Shown: piece by piece, positions 12,239-23,235 of the stretch | How the letters are laid out: each line of letters starts with the position of its first letter | How positions within the stretch are numbered: position 1 is the first letter of the stretch | Assembly (NCBI RefSeq): GCF_018350175.1 | Contig: NC_058373.1 | Coordinates: forward strand, 117,368,001-117,432,000 | DNA from: Felis catus | Lineage: Eukaryota | DNA length: 64,000 nucleotides | Reading direction: 5' to 3' | Notes under the pieces: generated by a model | Database searches by the model: none | Seen by the model: only the letters and a program-made list of their open reading frames with translations | Told to the model about the DNA's origin: nothing | Translations under genes and position numbers: made by a program

Positions 12239-12869
12239 TCTTAAGGCAATTGTGCTCAACTGTGCCTTCCTGAACTTGCTAGGACCTTCTTCCACCTCCT
12301 CTCCGCCATGCTGATCAACTCTCTCTTGCTTTCTCTCTGAAGCCAGGTTTTCAGCTCTAACTCAGGAATTTTATCCCGATAAAACTTAGCTCCTAATGAA
12401 ACCCAATGAGGGGGTGATCTGTCTGACATTTATATTCACTTTGCAACATGAATGGAATGAAGGATCAGTTTGCAATTGTGTTTTTGATGGCCTTTTGGAT
12501 TTATGGAGCAGAGAGGGGTGGGCTAACCCATTCAGTCAAGTGAAAGGGTAAGCAACTATCAAAAAATAGTTGCCTTCTGTTTCACCATCCTTGCAACCTT
12601 TCCCACAAGTTCTCATTGTGGATATTCTCCTGGAACCCCCTGCCTTGAATTTACAAGGAAGTGGACTTTGTAAATTGGGGGATGAAATTGGGGGATTACC
12701 GATATGAAAACAGTGGTAAGATTCTCCAAAGAAAAACAGTCTAAGTGGTGTGGTATGACTATGATAATAAAGGAAATTCCCAGGATCTAAGAAGATAGGA
12801 GGAAATATTCTGGCACTCAAAATGAAACTCATTAAATCTTGGTGAAATAATAGTTATTGAAAGAGGCTA

Positions 12870-13002
12870 GTGGGTTTTGACCTTGGACACACTTAGAATC
12901 ACCTATTAGTTTGTAAAACAAAATGCTTATATCTGGGCAATTGAATCAGAATCTTGTAGGGGAAAGGTGATTCTGATGCCTAATAAGGATCAGGAACTGA
13001 TG
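12870..13002. mobile_element. MER5-like hAT MITE
   Basis: ttagaatcacct...tgaatcagaatct...aggtgattctgatgc. Confidence 0.6.
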
Positions 13003-13147
13003 ACATAGCCAAATATGTGAGCAGATAACCAAACAAAGATCATAGTTTTTAACTGTATGGATTCAATCCTTTGTTCATTTAGCCTTTATTCAGGGCTAGG
13101 ACCTGCCCAGAAATGTGAACTGAAGTCCTCTTTGACACAGAACCTTA

Positions 13148-13246
13148 AATTTATACACAAATTATATTTATACACAAACATATTTATATTTGTACACAAA
13201 TATTTGTACACTTATATTTATACACAAATTATAACACAAATTTATA
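13148..13246. repeat. Degenerate AT-rich tandem repeat (unit about tatatttatacacaaa)
   Basis: Several imperfect copies visible. Confidence 0.75.
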
Positions 13247-13807
13247 ACCTTATAGGCTGATTGTAAGCCCCAATGGGAAACTTGTTGAAGGTAGAGAGAA
13301 TTTTGTTCAATTACTCAAATGTAGTTTACTCCCTGGATAAGCAATGTCACTGGAATGAATACCCTGAATTAAACGAGAAGGAACGTGTCAGACTAGTTTT
13401 TACACTACAGGATGAATTTACCTGTGTTAAAAATTACTACAATGCATATGGAACACATTATTCTTTTCATCAATTAGTTCAAAAATATTCAATGAATATC
13501 AACTATGTACTGAACGAGATAGCCCCAAGCCACAGAGACCCACAAATTAACCAATAATTGTCATCTAGTGATTTGAGTGCCAATCCCATTGCATCTATCT
13601 GTGGGATAAATCTGGGTGTTTGTAATTCTAGAATAAAGCCAGCATGTCTGCTCTCATCTCCCTGTTAGCCTGTACAAATCGGCTCAAGTGGTAATTTGCC
13701 ATCCCAGGAGAGAAGCCCTGTCATTCACAATTGCTTCAACATTACCTTTAGATATAGTAAGCACTGGTTTGTGAATGACTATAACAGTTTTAGCTAAACT
13801 CATTGTC

Positions 13808-14028
13808 TTTTCTTTTAATGTTTATATATTTACTTGAGAGAGAGAGAGAGAGAGACAGAGAGAGAGAAAGCAGGTGAGAGGCAGAGGGAGAGGGAGACAG
13901 AATCCCAGGCAGGCTCCACACTGTCCGTGCAGAGCCCAATGCAGGGCTTGAACTCACAAACCATAAGATCATGACCTGAACTGAAACTGAGAGTCAGACA
14001 CTTACCTGACTGAGCCACCTAGGCACCT
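13808..14028 (-). mobile_element. Can-SINE
   Basis: Full body; TSD aaactcattgtctt / aaattcattttctt. Confidence 0.95.
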
Positions 14029-14501
14029 CCAAATTCATTTTCTTAGTCTGTAGTTACACAAAATAAAGCAATAGTCATGGTGGGGGGAGGCAGGTGATCC
14101 TTAAAATACACTGACACAAAAAGGTTGAAACCACCAATGCCCCCATCGCCTCTTTTTATAGAAGAGAACTCTGACGTTCACAGCAAGATAGTGATTTATT
14201 CTAGATCCACTGCTTATTAACTCTTGGTCCTGGGTTTTTTCACAGCACTGACTTGACTTTAGCACAGTGACTTCTTAATGTCTTGTGCCAGCCATTGCTG
14301 GCACAAACTCTCACATGTAGGGATGGTTAATGGTGTTATTGTTCCTGATCACTGTTCCTTCTTTGTAAGAGTATTACCTGTGCCTGTAGTAGGCAGGTAA
14401 CTGACAGCGCCTCCTTGTGGTGGGAAGTACACTTTTATATCCAGTGGTGTCCAGCTGGGCTGTATTACTTTCTCTGGCCAATAAAATGTGAGCCAAGCTG
14501 A

Positions 14502-14591
14502 TATAACTACGCACATCTACGCTTAAGCTTTAAGAGCCATTGTGGTTATAACTATGCACATCTACGCTTAAGCTTTAAGAGCCATTGTGGT
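14502..14591 (+). repeat. 45-bp tandem duplication
   Basis: 14502-14546 and 14547-14591 differ by one CpG>TpG change. Confidence 0.95.
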
Positions 14592-14798
14592 GGGGCACCT
14601 GGGTGGCTCAGTCGGTTAAGCGTCTAACTTCGGTGCAGGTCATGATTTCACAGTTCGTGCGTTTGAGCCCCGCATGGGGCTCTGGTGCTGACAGCCTAGA
14701 GCCTGCTTCGGATTCTGTATCTCTCTCTTCTCTCTGCACCTCCCCGACTCACGCTGTATCTCTCTCTCAAAAATAAACATTAAAAAAAATTTTTTTTA
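14592..14798 (+). mobile_element. Can-SINE
   Basis: Head ggggcacctgggtggctcagtcggttaag; TSD aagagccattgtgg repeated at 14799-14812. Confidence 0.95.
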
Positions 14799-15027
14799 AA
14801 GAGCCATTGTGGGATTAAGCTATATTATTTTACCTCTGTCATGCAAATGGCATATTGTAATAGGGAATACTATACCAGCCTGTAAAGAAGACGCGAATCA
14901 GAGTCACAGCCTGCCCACACTGACATGTAATGTGAATGAGAGAGAAATCTTTGTTTTGGTAAACCGTGTAATAGGATGTTGGTTACTGCAGCATAACCTA
15001 GTGAGAGCTAATTACTACAGTGGGCAA

Positions 15028-15350
15028 GAGGGCCACAATTTTGCTCTTAAAGGACCAGATAGCAGCCATTTCAGGCTGTGGACCGCATACAGTTTCTGTC
15101 ATAACAACTTAACTCTGTGGCAAACGTAGCCACAGACGTAAGTAACCAAACGGGTGTGGCTGTGTTATAACAAAACTTTATTTACAGGGCGCCTGGGTGA
15201 CTCAGTCAGTTGAGCGTCCGACTGCGGCTCAAGGTCACGATGTTGTGGTTTGTGGGTTCGAGCCCCACGTCGGGCTCTGTGCTATCAGTTCAAGCCTGGA
15301 GCCTGCTTCGGATTCTGTGTCTCCCTCTCTTTCTGCCCCTCCCCCACTCG

Positions 15351-15382
<32 letters not shown>

Positions 15383-15468
15383 GTCTCAAAAGTAAATAAA
15401 CATTAAAAAAAATTTTTTAAACCCTTTGTTTACAAACACGGGTGGCTGTAGGTTGCCACAGCCCCTGC
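15028..15468. mobile_element. MER58A hAT MITE interrupted by a SINE
   Basis: taaaggaccagatag...ggtgtggctgtgtt...aaaactttatttaca; ends cccctg. Confidence 0.7.
15187..15420 (+). mobile_element. Can-SINE
   Basis: Full body; TSD about aaaactttatttaca / aaaccctttgtttaca. Confidence 0.95.
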
Positions 15469-15479
15469 AGTAGACTTTT

Positions 15480-15743
15480 ATTTCCCTCCCTCCTTGAGGT
15501 TGGATATGGTCCGTGAAGTTGGATGTGACACCTGCTTTGGCTAGTAGAATGGAAGCCATTTTAAGAACTAGTTCGTGAAGCATCTTCTCTGTCAGCCTGA
15601 GTCTTGAGAAAGAATATTAGAAGGCTGAGTGCCAGCCAACCCATGGGAGGTATGTAGAATGACTCTTAGAAGCAAACCTCATTGTTTTAACCCACTTCAA
15701 AATTTGGGGGGCATTTGTTGCCAGCCTATATTTACAGATAACA
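15480..15743 (+). mobile_element. Old MLT1 LTR fragment
   Basis: tgctttggctagtagaatg and aaacctcattgttttaacccact...atttgttg motifs. Confidence 0.5.
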
Positions 15744-16744
15744 GGTCTATCTAGCATTATGTTTTCGAGGACTCCCACTCACTGCCATTCCAGTAGATCC
15801 TATGTGGCATTCCACATGATTGACTTCTTTATAGCATTTGACTTGTTGATCATAACGATAGAATGTACTTAAATGAGGTTTTGAGTGTAGGGGGAGGATT
15901 GTTCTGTTGAACCAAACAACCACAAATATTTTACAAAGAGTCCAATTACTCGAATGAGCTCTTAAGTATAGACTCATCTGAAGAAATTTTTAAGTCCAAT
16001 TTGCGATAGATAAAATCTGTTAGCAGTTTGATTCACAAGGCCAGTCTTTAGAAAAGCACAAATTAGAGACTGTCATACTTTTTCTCTGGTGTGTAAAGGT
16101 TAATTATCAAACTCCTGGTTGGTGACAAAAACACGAGTTCACAAAAGTCATCACATTACACACCCAGAAGCATAGTTCTTCAACACCATCAAGTCTAGGC
16201 TAATCATGTGTTGGTCTGCTCAGACCTGTGGCTTCCGGTGTGCTATCCCTTTTCGTGTAGAGTCCTGTCTGCTTCTTGTGGTACATACAGGAGAGCTGTC
16301 CTTTCTACAGGCCCTGTCCTTCTCCCAGGTCCAGTTAATTGCTTCTCTGTGTAACATGTCAACCAGCAGCCTTAAGTGGTTATCCAATTTGAGCTTGCCA
16401 GAAACCCCTTTGCACCTACTCTGTGATCTCCACTGTTATTTCTGGAAAATTCCCAGTTCACCAGGGGCTCTTTGCTTCCCTTCGTTATGCCCACGGGAGA
16501 ACAAATCAGAGGGAAGCAGCAATCTCTGTGTGTCTCAAACTACAAGTCCTGGATGGAGGAACAGAGTGAAAGGTAAAATCCCTTTGTGGCCCAGAGAACA
16601 CCCAGTCCCTGTGCACCAATCACTCACTGTGGGTCTGGGCTTGTGGGCACCGTGACCGTGGCTCACACTTTTTGGACATTCCCCACAGCATCACCTATGG
16701 CTAGTCTTAAGAGTTTTTGCTTTTAGTGAAAGGTAATAGATTAG

Positions 16745-17212
16745 TGTTTTAATCATATTACCTTGGGTGGGGTATAGTGAGGCCAGATGCAGATCAAGAG
16801 AGAGAAACTGGAGATTTACAGTTTTGTTACAGCTCCCTAGGGAGAACAGAGCATACCACATAGAGCCACTCGGGGGAAGCTCCAGGGTTGATCACCAAGC
16901 AGAGTGGGGTAGGGAAGAGTGGGCAAGCCTGTTTATTGTGGTTTCCACAGGAAGAGAAAGATAATGCAGAGCAAAGAGGTGTAGGACTCACGAATTTCAA
17001 TAATTTCAGCAGACTCTGGGGCAAAGGGGCTATTCTGATGTCTGGTACTTGGCCCAGGGTGATTAGGGCGGAGGCACGGTGGCCCATGATGTAAAAGCCC
17101 CATAGCAGAGGTGGTTGGGGGTGTGGACTTACCTGGAGACTCAAGAATGGGGACTGACTGGTCATTAGCCTGGGCCTCAAAACTGGGTCAAGACAGAGCA
17201 CACACGTGCGCG

Positions 17213-17265
<53 letters not shown>

Positions 17266-17272
17266 TAATACA
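16745..17272 (-). mobile_element. ERVL-class solo LTR (MER74-like)
   Basis: TG...CA termini; 5-bp near-TSD attag / agtag; tttattgtggtttcc and aataatttcagcagactctggggc motifs. Confidence 0.7.
17198..17263. repeat. (CG)n(CA)n alternating purine-pyrimidine tract
   Basis: Directly visible. Confidence 0.95.
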
Positions 17273-17429
17273 AGTAGAAGAGACACCATAATTCTGGGGT
17301 CCTGCTACCTGCCACAGTCACTCCATACTGTTTTGTTACATCTAGTAAGAGTGCAATTAGTGGGTATTTGACTGAAATCTGTGTTTGTTTAGAAGGAGTT
17401 TCTTTTTTTCCTTTTAAAGGTGAGAGTTT

Positions 17430-17659
17430 TAATTTTTTTTTTTTTTTTGCTTTTTTAGCGCTTATTTATTTTTGAAAGAGAGAGAGAAAGAGAGTGAGCA
17501 GGGAAGGGGCAGAGAGAAAGGGAAACACAGAATCTGAAGCAGGCTCCAGGCTCAGAGCTGTCAGCACAGAGCCCAACTTGGGGCTCAAACCCACGAACTG
17601 TGAGATCATGACCTGAGCCAAAGTTGGATGCTTAACCAACTGAGCCATCCAGATGTCCC
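17430..17659 (-). mobile_element. Can-SINE
   Basis: Full body; flanks agagttttaat / agagttttat. Confidence 0.95.
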
Positions 17660-17665
17660 AAGAGT

Positions 17666-17666
17666 T

Positions 17667-17701
<35 letters not shown>

Positions 17702-17897
17702 TTTTTCGAGAGAGCGTATGCACACATGAGCAGGGGAGGGACAGAGAGAGAGAGAGGGAGAGAGAGAGAGAATCCCAAGCAGGCTCTACACCCAGGGTGG
17801 AGCCTGCCACGGGGCTCAGTCTCACAACTGTGCGATCATAATGTGAGCCGAAACTGAGAGTCAGACGCTTAGCTGACTGAGCCACCCAGGTGCCCCC
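17666..17897 (-). mobile_element. Can-SINE with (TTTA)n tail
   Basis: Head gccacccaggtgcccc. Confidence 0.95.
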
Positions 17898-18651
17898 AGA
17901 TAGAGGTTCTGAATTTATTTCCTCATTGGTTCCCAGAGATGGACAGAGACACATGGACATCTTAGGCCAGTAGAAGAAGGGGGTACTCACATTCTTTATT
18001 CAGCTGATATTTTTTAGTGAAGCCTTCAAAGAAGCTGATTTTCTGTTCTAAAATATCCATAGTCCTTTATGTTTGAAATAACTATCATATAGACTATATA
18101 TAAAAGAGAATTTTTCCTTATTTGTATAACTTTTATTCCCAGTTCACATTCTCTACCCTTCCTTATTAAATAGAATTAGTTGCACACATTTACTAGGGAT
18201 AGAAATAACTAATAATTTACAAGGCAAATCTGATTCAAACATGTATATTTTTTCCTGGTTCTTATGTCAGTAAAATGTTTCTCCTTTTTTTTGGTAGCTT
18301 TTCTTTGCAATTTCTTTTGTGACTTTGGAAACATACAACATCTTTTGACAAATATTAAATGTTTTCCAATTTAAATAGTACACCACTTCATTTTTGTAAA
18401 CAGTATCATGCTACGCTTTATTCCGTTTTAGAATTTCATTTGAACAGCACCAATAACTACAGGCAGCTGTCAACTTATTGGTGTTGGGCTTGGGGCAAGG
18501 TCTGTAACAGTACTCTGTAACCTAAGCGTGTACCCCCAAGAGGTGTCACAGAGCTGACACCAGCAAGAGAACTACATCTTAAAAATGTTCACATGATGAT
18601 GCTTTCTACTTCAGTGGGAGTTTTGCCAGTGATGTTAGAAGTTGCTGTGGA

Positions 18652-18832
18652 GGGGTGCTTGGCTGGCTTGGTCGGTTGAGCGTCTGACTCCTGGTTTTGG
18701 CTCAAGTCATGATCTTACGGTTCATGGGATCAAGCCCCATGATGGGCTATGTGCCTGCTTGGGATGATCTCTCTCTCTCTCTCGCTCGCTCTCGCTCTCT
18801 CTCTTTCTCTCAAAATAAATAAACTTAAAAAA
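18652..18832 (+). mobile_element. Older, shorter Can-SINE
   Basis: ggggtgcttggctggc head, (CT)n, aataaa tail; TSD aagttgctgtgga / aagtcaccatgga. Confidence 0.9.
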
Positions 18833-18951
18833 AAGTCACCATGGAAACCAGAATTAGCTGGCCCTATATTTTTTATTTGTTCAGTGACGCTGTAATGCCC
18901 CTCATGGATTTTCACCCAGGTAGTTATTAGACCGACAACATGTCCTGAAAG

Positions 18952-19280
18952 GAGTAGTTTTTGAACTGTGTTCTGTGGAACCCTAGGATTCTTCTAAATT
19001 ACTTTAGAGGTCCCGCTAAGCATCTGGATCACTTTGAGGCAGACTCATTAATGAGACAATAGCTGAGTAGCCCTGAGGGTTGGCCACCCTGGAGGAGAGA
19101 GTGGAGGGGTCAGGCTGTCTTTACAACAGCTCTGGTCCAAGAAGGACAGCCCACCCGGGGCCAGCCCCCAAGCCCCGTCCCAAGCCCCGTTCCCAGTAAT
19201 CACCCAGCCACAAAGTACTGGGGGTGCACGCAGTATTTGGAAAAAAGAGGTTTACTGCTTCAAAGGTTTGAAAAACACAG
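18952..19280. mobile_element. hAT-Charlie MITE (MER103-like)
   Basis: gtttttgaactgtgttctgtggaaccctagg start; ggtttgaaaaacacag end. Confidence 0.5.
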
Positions 19281-20043
19281 CTCGAGCCTTGTTTACGAGG
19301 AAAGAAACAAAGAGTAAGAACAATACTGAATTTGAACAACTAATACCTTAAGACTGGGAACATCCTGTGCTCTTAGACAGTTATAATTTAATCCAAATAC
19401 AGTGGAACCACACTGTAATTCAATTCGAGGCAAAGAACAGAGTTTTGTACACAGCTGATTCATTTTGGAACACTCTCTGGGGATTTGGTTACAGAAAAGT
19501 GCAAAGGCCTTCTTTGTGTTCATTCACCCTAAAGCTGCCCCATGGCCCCAGTTTTAGAGACAGCGAGGGCGTTTTGAGGACATCCCACTTTATTTTCACA
19601 AGGCTCATTTGGGTTGTCCTGCTACGATGTGCCCACATGCTATGTTTGGCCTGATTCTATAGCTTGGTTCTCAAACGAGGTCTGGCCATTAATTTGTCGT
19701 AGTTGTTACACAGGGCATTTTAACGCCTTCAGGAGGGGCTTGCTGCATACGCTGAACCGCTTTAGGGGGCACCATTGTCTTGTGACCACACTGTGCTCTA
19801 GGGAACCGTTCCCCTTCACAATGCAGTGGCTTTGGGCGAGGCCTTCTCCCACTCCTACACTCTCGATGCCTGGGTTACACCTGAGTTTGAGACCTCTGCT
19901 GGGTGGTTGTATTGTTTGGAATAGTCAGTAGAGCCTTTGATGTGGAGCCGGAGCAGATGAGGTCACAAACTAGCAGCCTACAGAGATCAGCATTTGTGGG
20001 GGGTTTGTTTTGTTTTGGCTTGATGTTTAAAAATCTTGACTCA

Positions 20044-20260
20044 GGGGGCGCCTGGGGGGCTCAGTCGGTTAAGCGTCCAACTCTTGATTTCAGCGTCTGG
20101 CTCTTGATTTCAGCTCAGGTCATGATCTCCCAGCTTGTGAGATCAAGCCCTGCGTTGGGCTCTACGCTGACAGTGTGGAGCCTGCTTGGGATTCTCTCCC
20201 CCTCCCCCGCTGCCCCTCCCCTGCTCACTCTATCTCTCAAAATAAATAAACTTTAAAAAA
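20044..20260 (+). mobile_element. Can-SINE with an internal 20-bp duplication
   Basis: agcgtccaactcttgatttc / agcgtctggctcttgatttc at 20072-20111. Confidence 0.95.
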
Positions 20261-20449
20261 TGTTTTTGATTCAGTACCAATTTGATTCAAAATCAATTTG
20301 ATTCAATAAAATGTTAGTAGATTTCACTGTAAATGAAATTTTACATTTTCTTAAAAAAAAAAATCAGACAATCAGATAACTTTGGAACTACATGTCCAAC
20401 TTAGTTGGCCCTGAATAGCAGTACTCCGTTTCATGTAGCATGTGATTTC

Positions 20450-20686
20450 TTTCTTTTTTTTTAATTTTTTTTTAACATTTACTTATTTTTGAGAGAGAGA
20501 GACAGAGAAAGAGACAGAGTATGAGCGGGGGAGGGGTAGAGAGAGAGGGAGACACAGAATCCGAGGCAGGCTTCAGGCTCTGAGCTGTCAGCACAGAGCC
20601 TGACACGGGGCTCGAACTCACAAACCGGGAGATCATGACCTGAGTCAAAGTTGGACGCTTAGCCAATGGAGCCACTCAGGTGCCCC
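20450..20686 (-). mobile_element. Can-SINE
   Basis: TSD tgtagc(a/g)tgtgatttc at 20434-20449 and 20687-20702. Confidence 0.95.
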
Positions 20687-21117
20687 TGTAGCGTGTGATT
20701 TCAAGTTTACCGCAGTCCCCGCTATTCCCTACTGTTGCTCCCTACTTTACATTACCTGCTTGGTAACTTAGGCATCTGATTTCGGGACTCATTTTATAAC
20801 ATCCTTGTTGTAGGCTTAGCAATTATCTTATCCCTGAGAGGATTGATTAAGAAAACATATCTGGAAATGACGGCATGTTATGCAACATTGTAATACAACA
20901 GAAGTGTAGAATATTTTCATTGTTAGTCCTCTGAAATCAGGTCACTGATGGTTAAAGAAAAAAGACGTAATGAACAAGAATTTGAAATAGCTAATTAAAA
21001 CAACTTCAACAAAGAGGTAAATTTCCCGAAGTACTCTGCTTCTAGCAAGTAGCTCACCCAGGGCGTCTGTCCCATTTGTTTTTAAGTCAAATAAAAATTT
21101 AAGAATACCTCACTTAA

Positions 21118-21295
21118 GGGGTGCCTGGGTGGCTCAGTCAGTAAAGCGTATGACTCTTGATTTTGGCTCAGGTCATGATCTCACGGTTTGTGAGATTGAG
21201 CTCATGACGACAGCATGGAGCCTGCTTTGGATTCTCTCTCTCTGCCCATCCCCTGCTCGTGTACCCTTTCTCAAAATAAATAAACTTAAAAAAAA
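21118..21295 (+). mobile_element. Can-SINE
   Basis: TSD aagaatacctcacttaa / aagaatatttcacttaa. Confidence 0.95.
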
Positions 21296-21328
21296 AAGAA
21301 TATTTCACTTAAATATTTACATAGCCCA

Positions 21329-21555
21329 GGGGCGCCTGGGTGGCGCAGTCGGTTAAGCGTCCGACTTCAGCCAGGTCACGATCTCGCGGTCCGGGAGTTC
21401 GAGCCCCGCGTCAGGCTCTGGGCTGATGGCTCAGAGCCTGGAGCCTGTTTCCGATTCTGTGTCTCCCTCTCTCTCTGCCCCTCGCCCGTTCATGCTCTGT
21501 CTCTCTCTGTCCCAAAAATAAATAGACGTTGAAAAAAAAATTAAAAAAAAAAAGA
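21329..21555 (+). mobile_element. Young felid SINE (SINEC_Fc-type)
   Basis: ggggcgcctgggtggcgcagtcggttaagcgtccgacttcagccaggtcacgatctcgcgg with CpGs intact; no clear TSD. Confidence 0.95.
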
Positions 21556-21624
21556 AAACAGTATTACAGCAAAGGCATGTTTTATGTAGGCCTTTACATG
21601 TACAAAGTAGGATTATTGTGCTCT

Positions 21625-21850
21625 TTTATTTTTTTTTAATTTTTTTTGACGTTTATTTGTTTTTGAGACAGAGAGAGACAGAGCATGAATGGGGGAGGGT
21701 TAGAGAGAAAGGGAGACACAGAATCTGAAACAGGCTCCAGGCTCTGAGCCATCAGCACAGAGCCCGATGCGGGGCTCGAACTCACGGACCGCAAGATCAC
21801 AACCTGAGCCAAAGTCCGACGCCTAACCGACTGAGCCACCCAGGGGCCCC
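21625..21850 (-). mobile_element. Can-SINE (felid type)
   Basis: Full body; TSD ttgtgctctttta / ttgtgctctctta. Confidence 0.95.
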
Positions 21851-22560
21851 TCTTGTGCTCTCTTACAGGGTCGTTCCTGTTAGAGAACAGGTCATTCCTG
21901 TTGGATAAAAATCCCTGTAAGCCTGGTGTTTTAGTCAAGGTGCACTTCTGGCTGGTTGAGTTTGGTAACGTGTTTTCAACACCAGTCCTATCTCAGCTCT
22001 AGCCTGCATTAGAGAGGACCAGTGACTCACACAGAGATTATAGACACCCATCTCTGTAAGGAGCTGTGGGCTTTGTAAAGAGGGCGGGGCATTTCCCTCC
22101 CGTTGCCATGGAGAGAGGTGTGGCACACTAAGGGGGAGGTTCTCTAAGCTGGAGACTGGGGTCATGGCTCCAGCGGCAACAATTCCACTCCCCAGGCAGA
22201 TACCTGCTGAGCTGCCTCCAGCTGGGCAGAGTGGAGCACAGTGAAGACAAGGGGGCGGGGGGCTGTAAATATAGAGACAGGTGCCTGCTTCCCACATAGA
22301 GAATTTGGTAGCTGGGAGGTTGCTAAAGCAGCCCATGAAAATGAAGCAAGGAGACAGGTGTCAGTAGTTGCAAGCTCAGCTTCCATTTGGCACAGAAAAA
22401 AAAAAAAAAATGTGTGTTCTCCTTGAGTCCAGAACACTGGACAGGTAGAGAGTTTGAGCAGTTACTGCTAGTTCCTTGCCTGAGAAGTAGAACTTTTGGG
22501 GTGAGTCGGCCCAGGCAGTGGACCCAGACTGTGATATGCATGGTGCATGCTGATGTAGGA

Positions 22561-22563
<3 letters not shown>

Positions 22564-22591
<28 letters not shown>

Positions 22592-22613
22592 CACACGCGC
22601 GCGCACATGCACA
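22564..22613. repeat. (TG)n followed by a CA/CG alternating tract
   Basis: Directly visible. Confidence 0.95.
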
Positions 22614-23020
22614 AATGGGGTTGGGGAGATGGCTCATAAAAGGCCGGTCAAATGGTTGTTCAACCATAGTAGGGCACTGGGCGTGGGCAGTCCCCCGTGG
22701 GGCTCTGAAGAATCTACAAATGTAAGTTTCCCATGAAAGTTCCAGCACGTGACTGCCTCACACAGCCAACTTTGACAGCCAAGAGACAATCGCAAACAGC
22801 ACAAGCTGATGTAGAAAGATAGCCCCCACTCCACTGATGTCTCTCTCCTCGTGTTGACCCTAGAGGAACAAGGAGCAGCCAGGTGATAGTGAGGAGCAGT
22901 GAGCAAAAGGAAAGGTCACTGCAGGTCACACAAGATGGGGTAGAAGGAGAGAAGCTTTGAATCAGTGGAGATGAAATTTTGATATGAGATCACTAGACCT
23001 TTAATAAATGAAGGAATCGC

Positions 23021-23235
23021 GGAGCGCCTGGGTGGCTCAGTTGGTTCAGCATCCAACTTCGGCTCAGGTCATGATGTCACAGTTAGCGAGTTTAAAGCCC
23101 CATGTCTGGCTCTGCACTGACAGCTTGGAACCTGCTTCAGATTCTGTGTCTCGCTCCTCTCTCTCTGCCCCTCCCCAACTCACGCTCTGTCTGTCTCTCT
23201 CTCTCTCAAAAATAAACATTAAAAAATTTTTTTAC
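23021..23235 (+). mobile_element. Can-SINE
   Basis: TSD aaatgaaggaatc / aaatgaatgaatc. Confidence 0.95.

Larger units (their letters stand above)
14385..15019 (+). mobile_element. MLT1 (I/J-like) MaLR LTR interrupted by a SINE
   Basis: TG...CA ends; tggccaataaaatgtgagc and ttggttactgcagcataacctag motifs. Confidence 0.7.
19955..20792. mobile_element. MER102-like hAT element interrupted by two SINEs
   Basis: gtcacaaactagcagcc start; ccgcagtcccc...tttacattacctgcttgg...taggcatctga end. Confidence 0.65.

Noticed and set aside
13148..13246. CRISPR-like or functional repeat array
   Set aside because: Degenerate AT-rich slippage repeat without unique spacers, in mammalian DNA.
14592..14680. tRNA genes suggested by A/B-box sequences
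   Set aside because: They are the tRNA-derived heads of SINEs, followed by SINE body, CT tract and tail.
21867..21910. ~21-bp imperfect tandem duplication (similar small ones near 3985, 11064, 19166 and 20279)
   Set aside because: Ordinary slippage-scale duplications with no associated structure.
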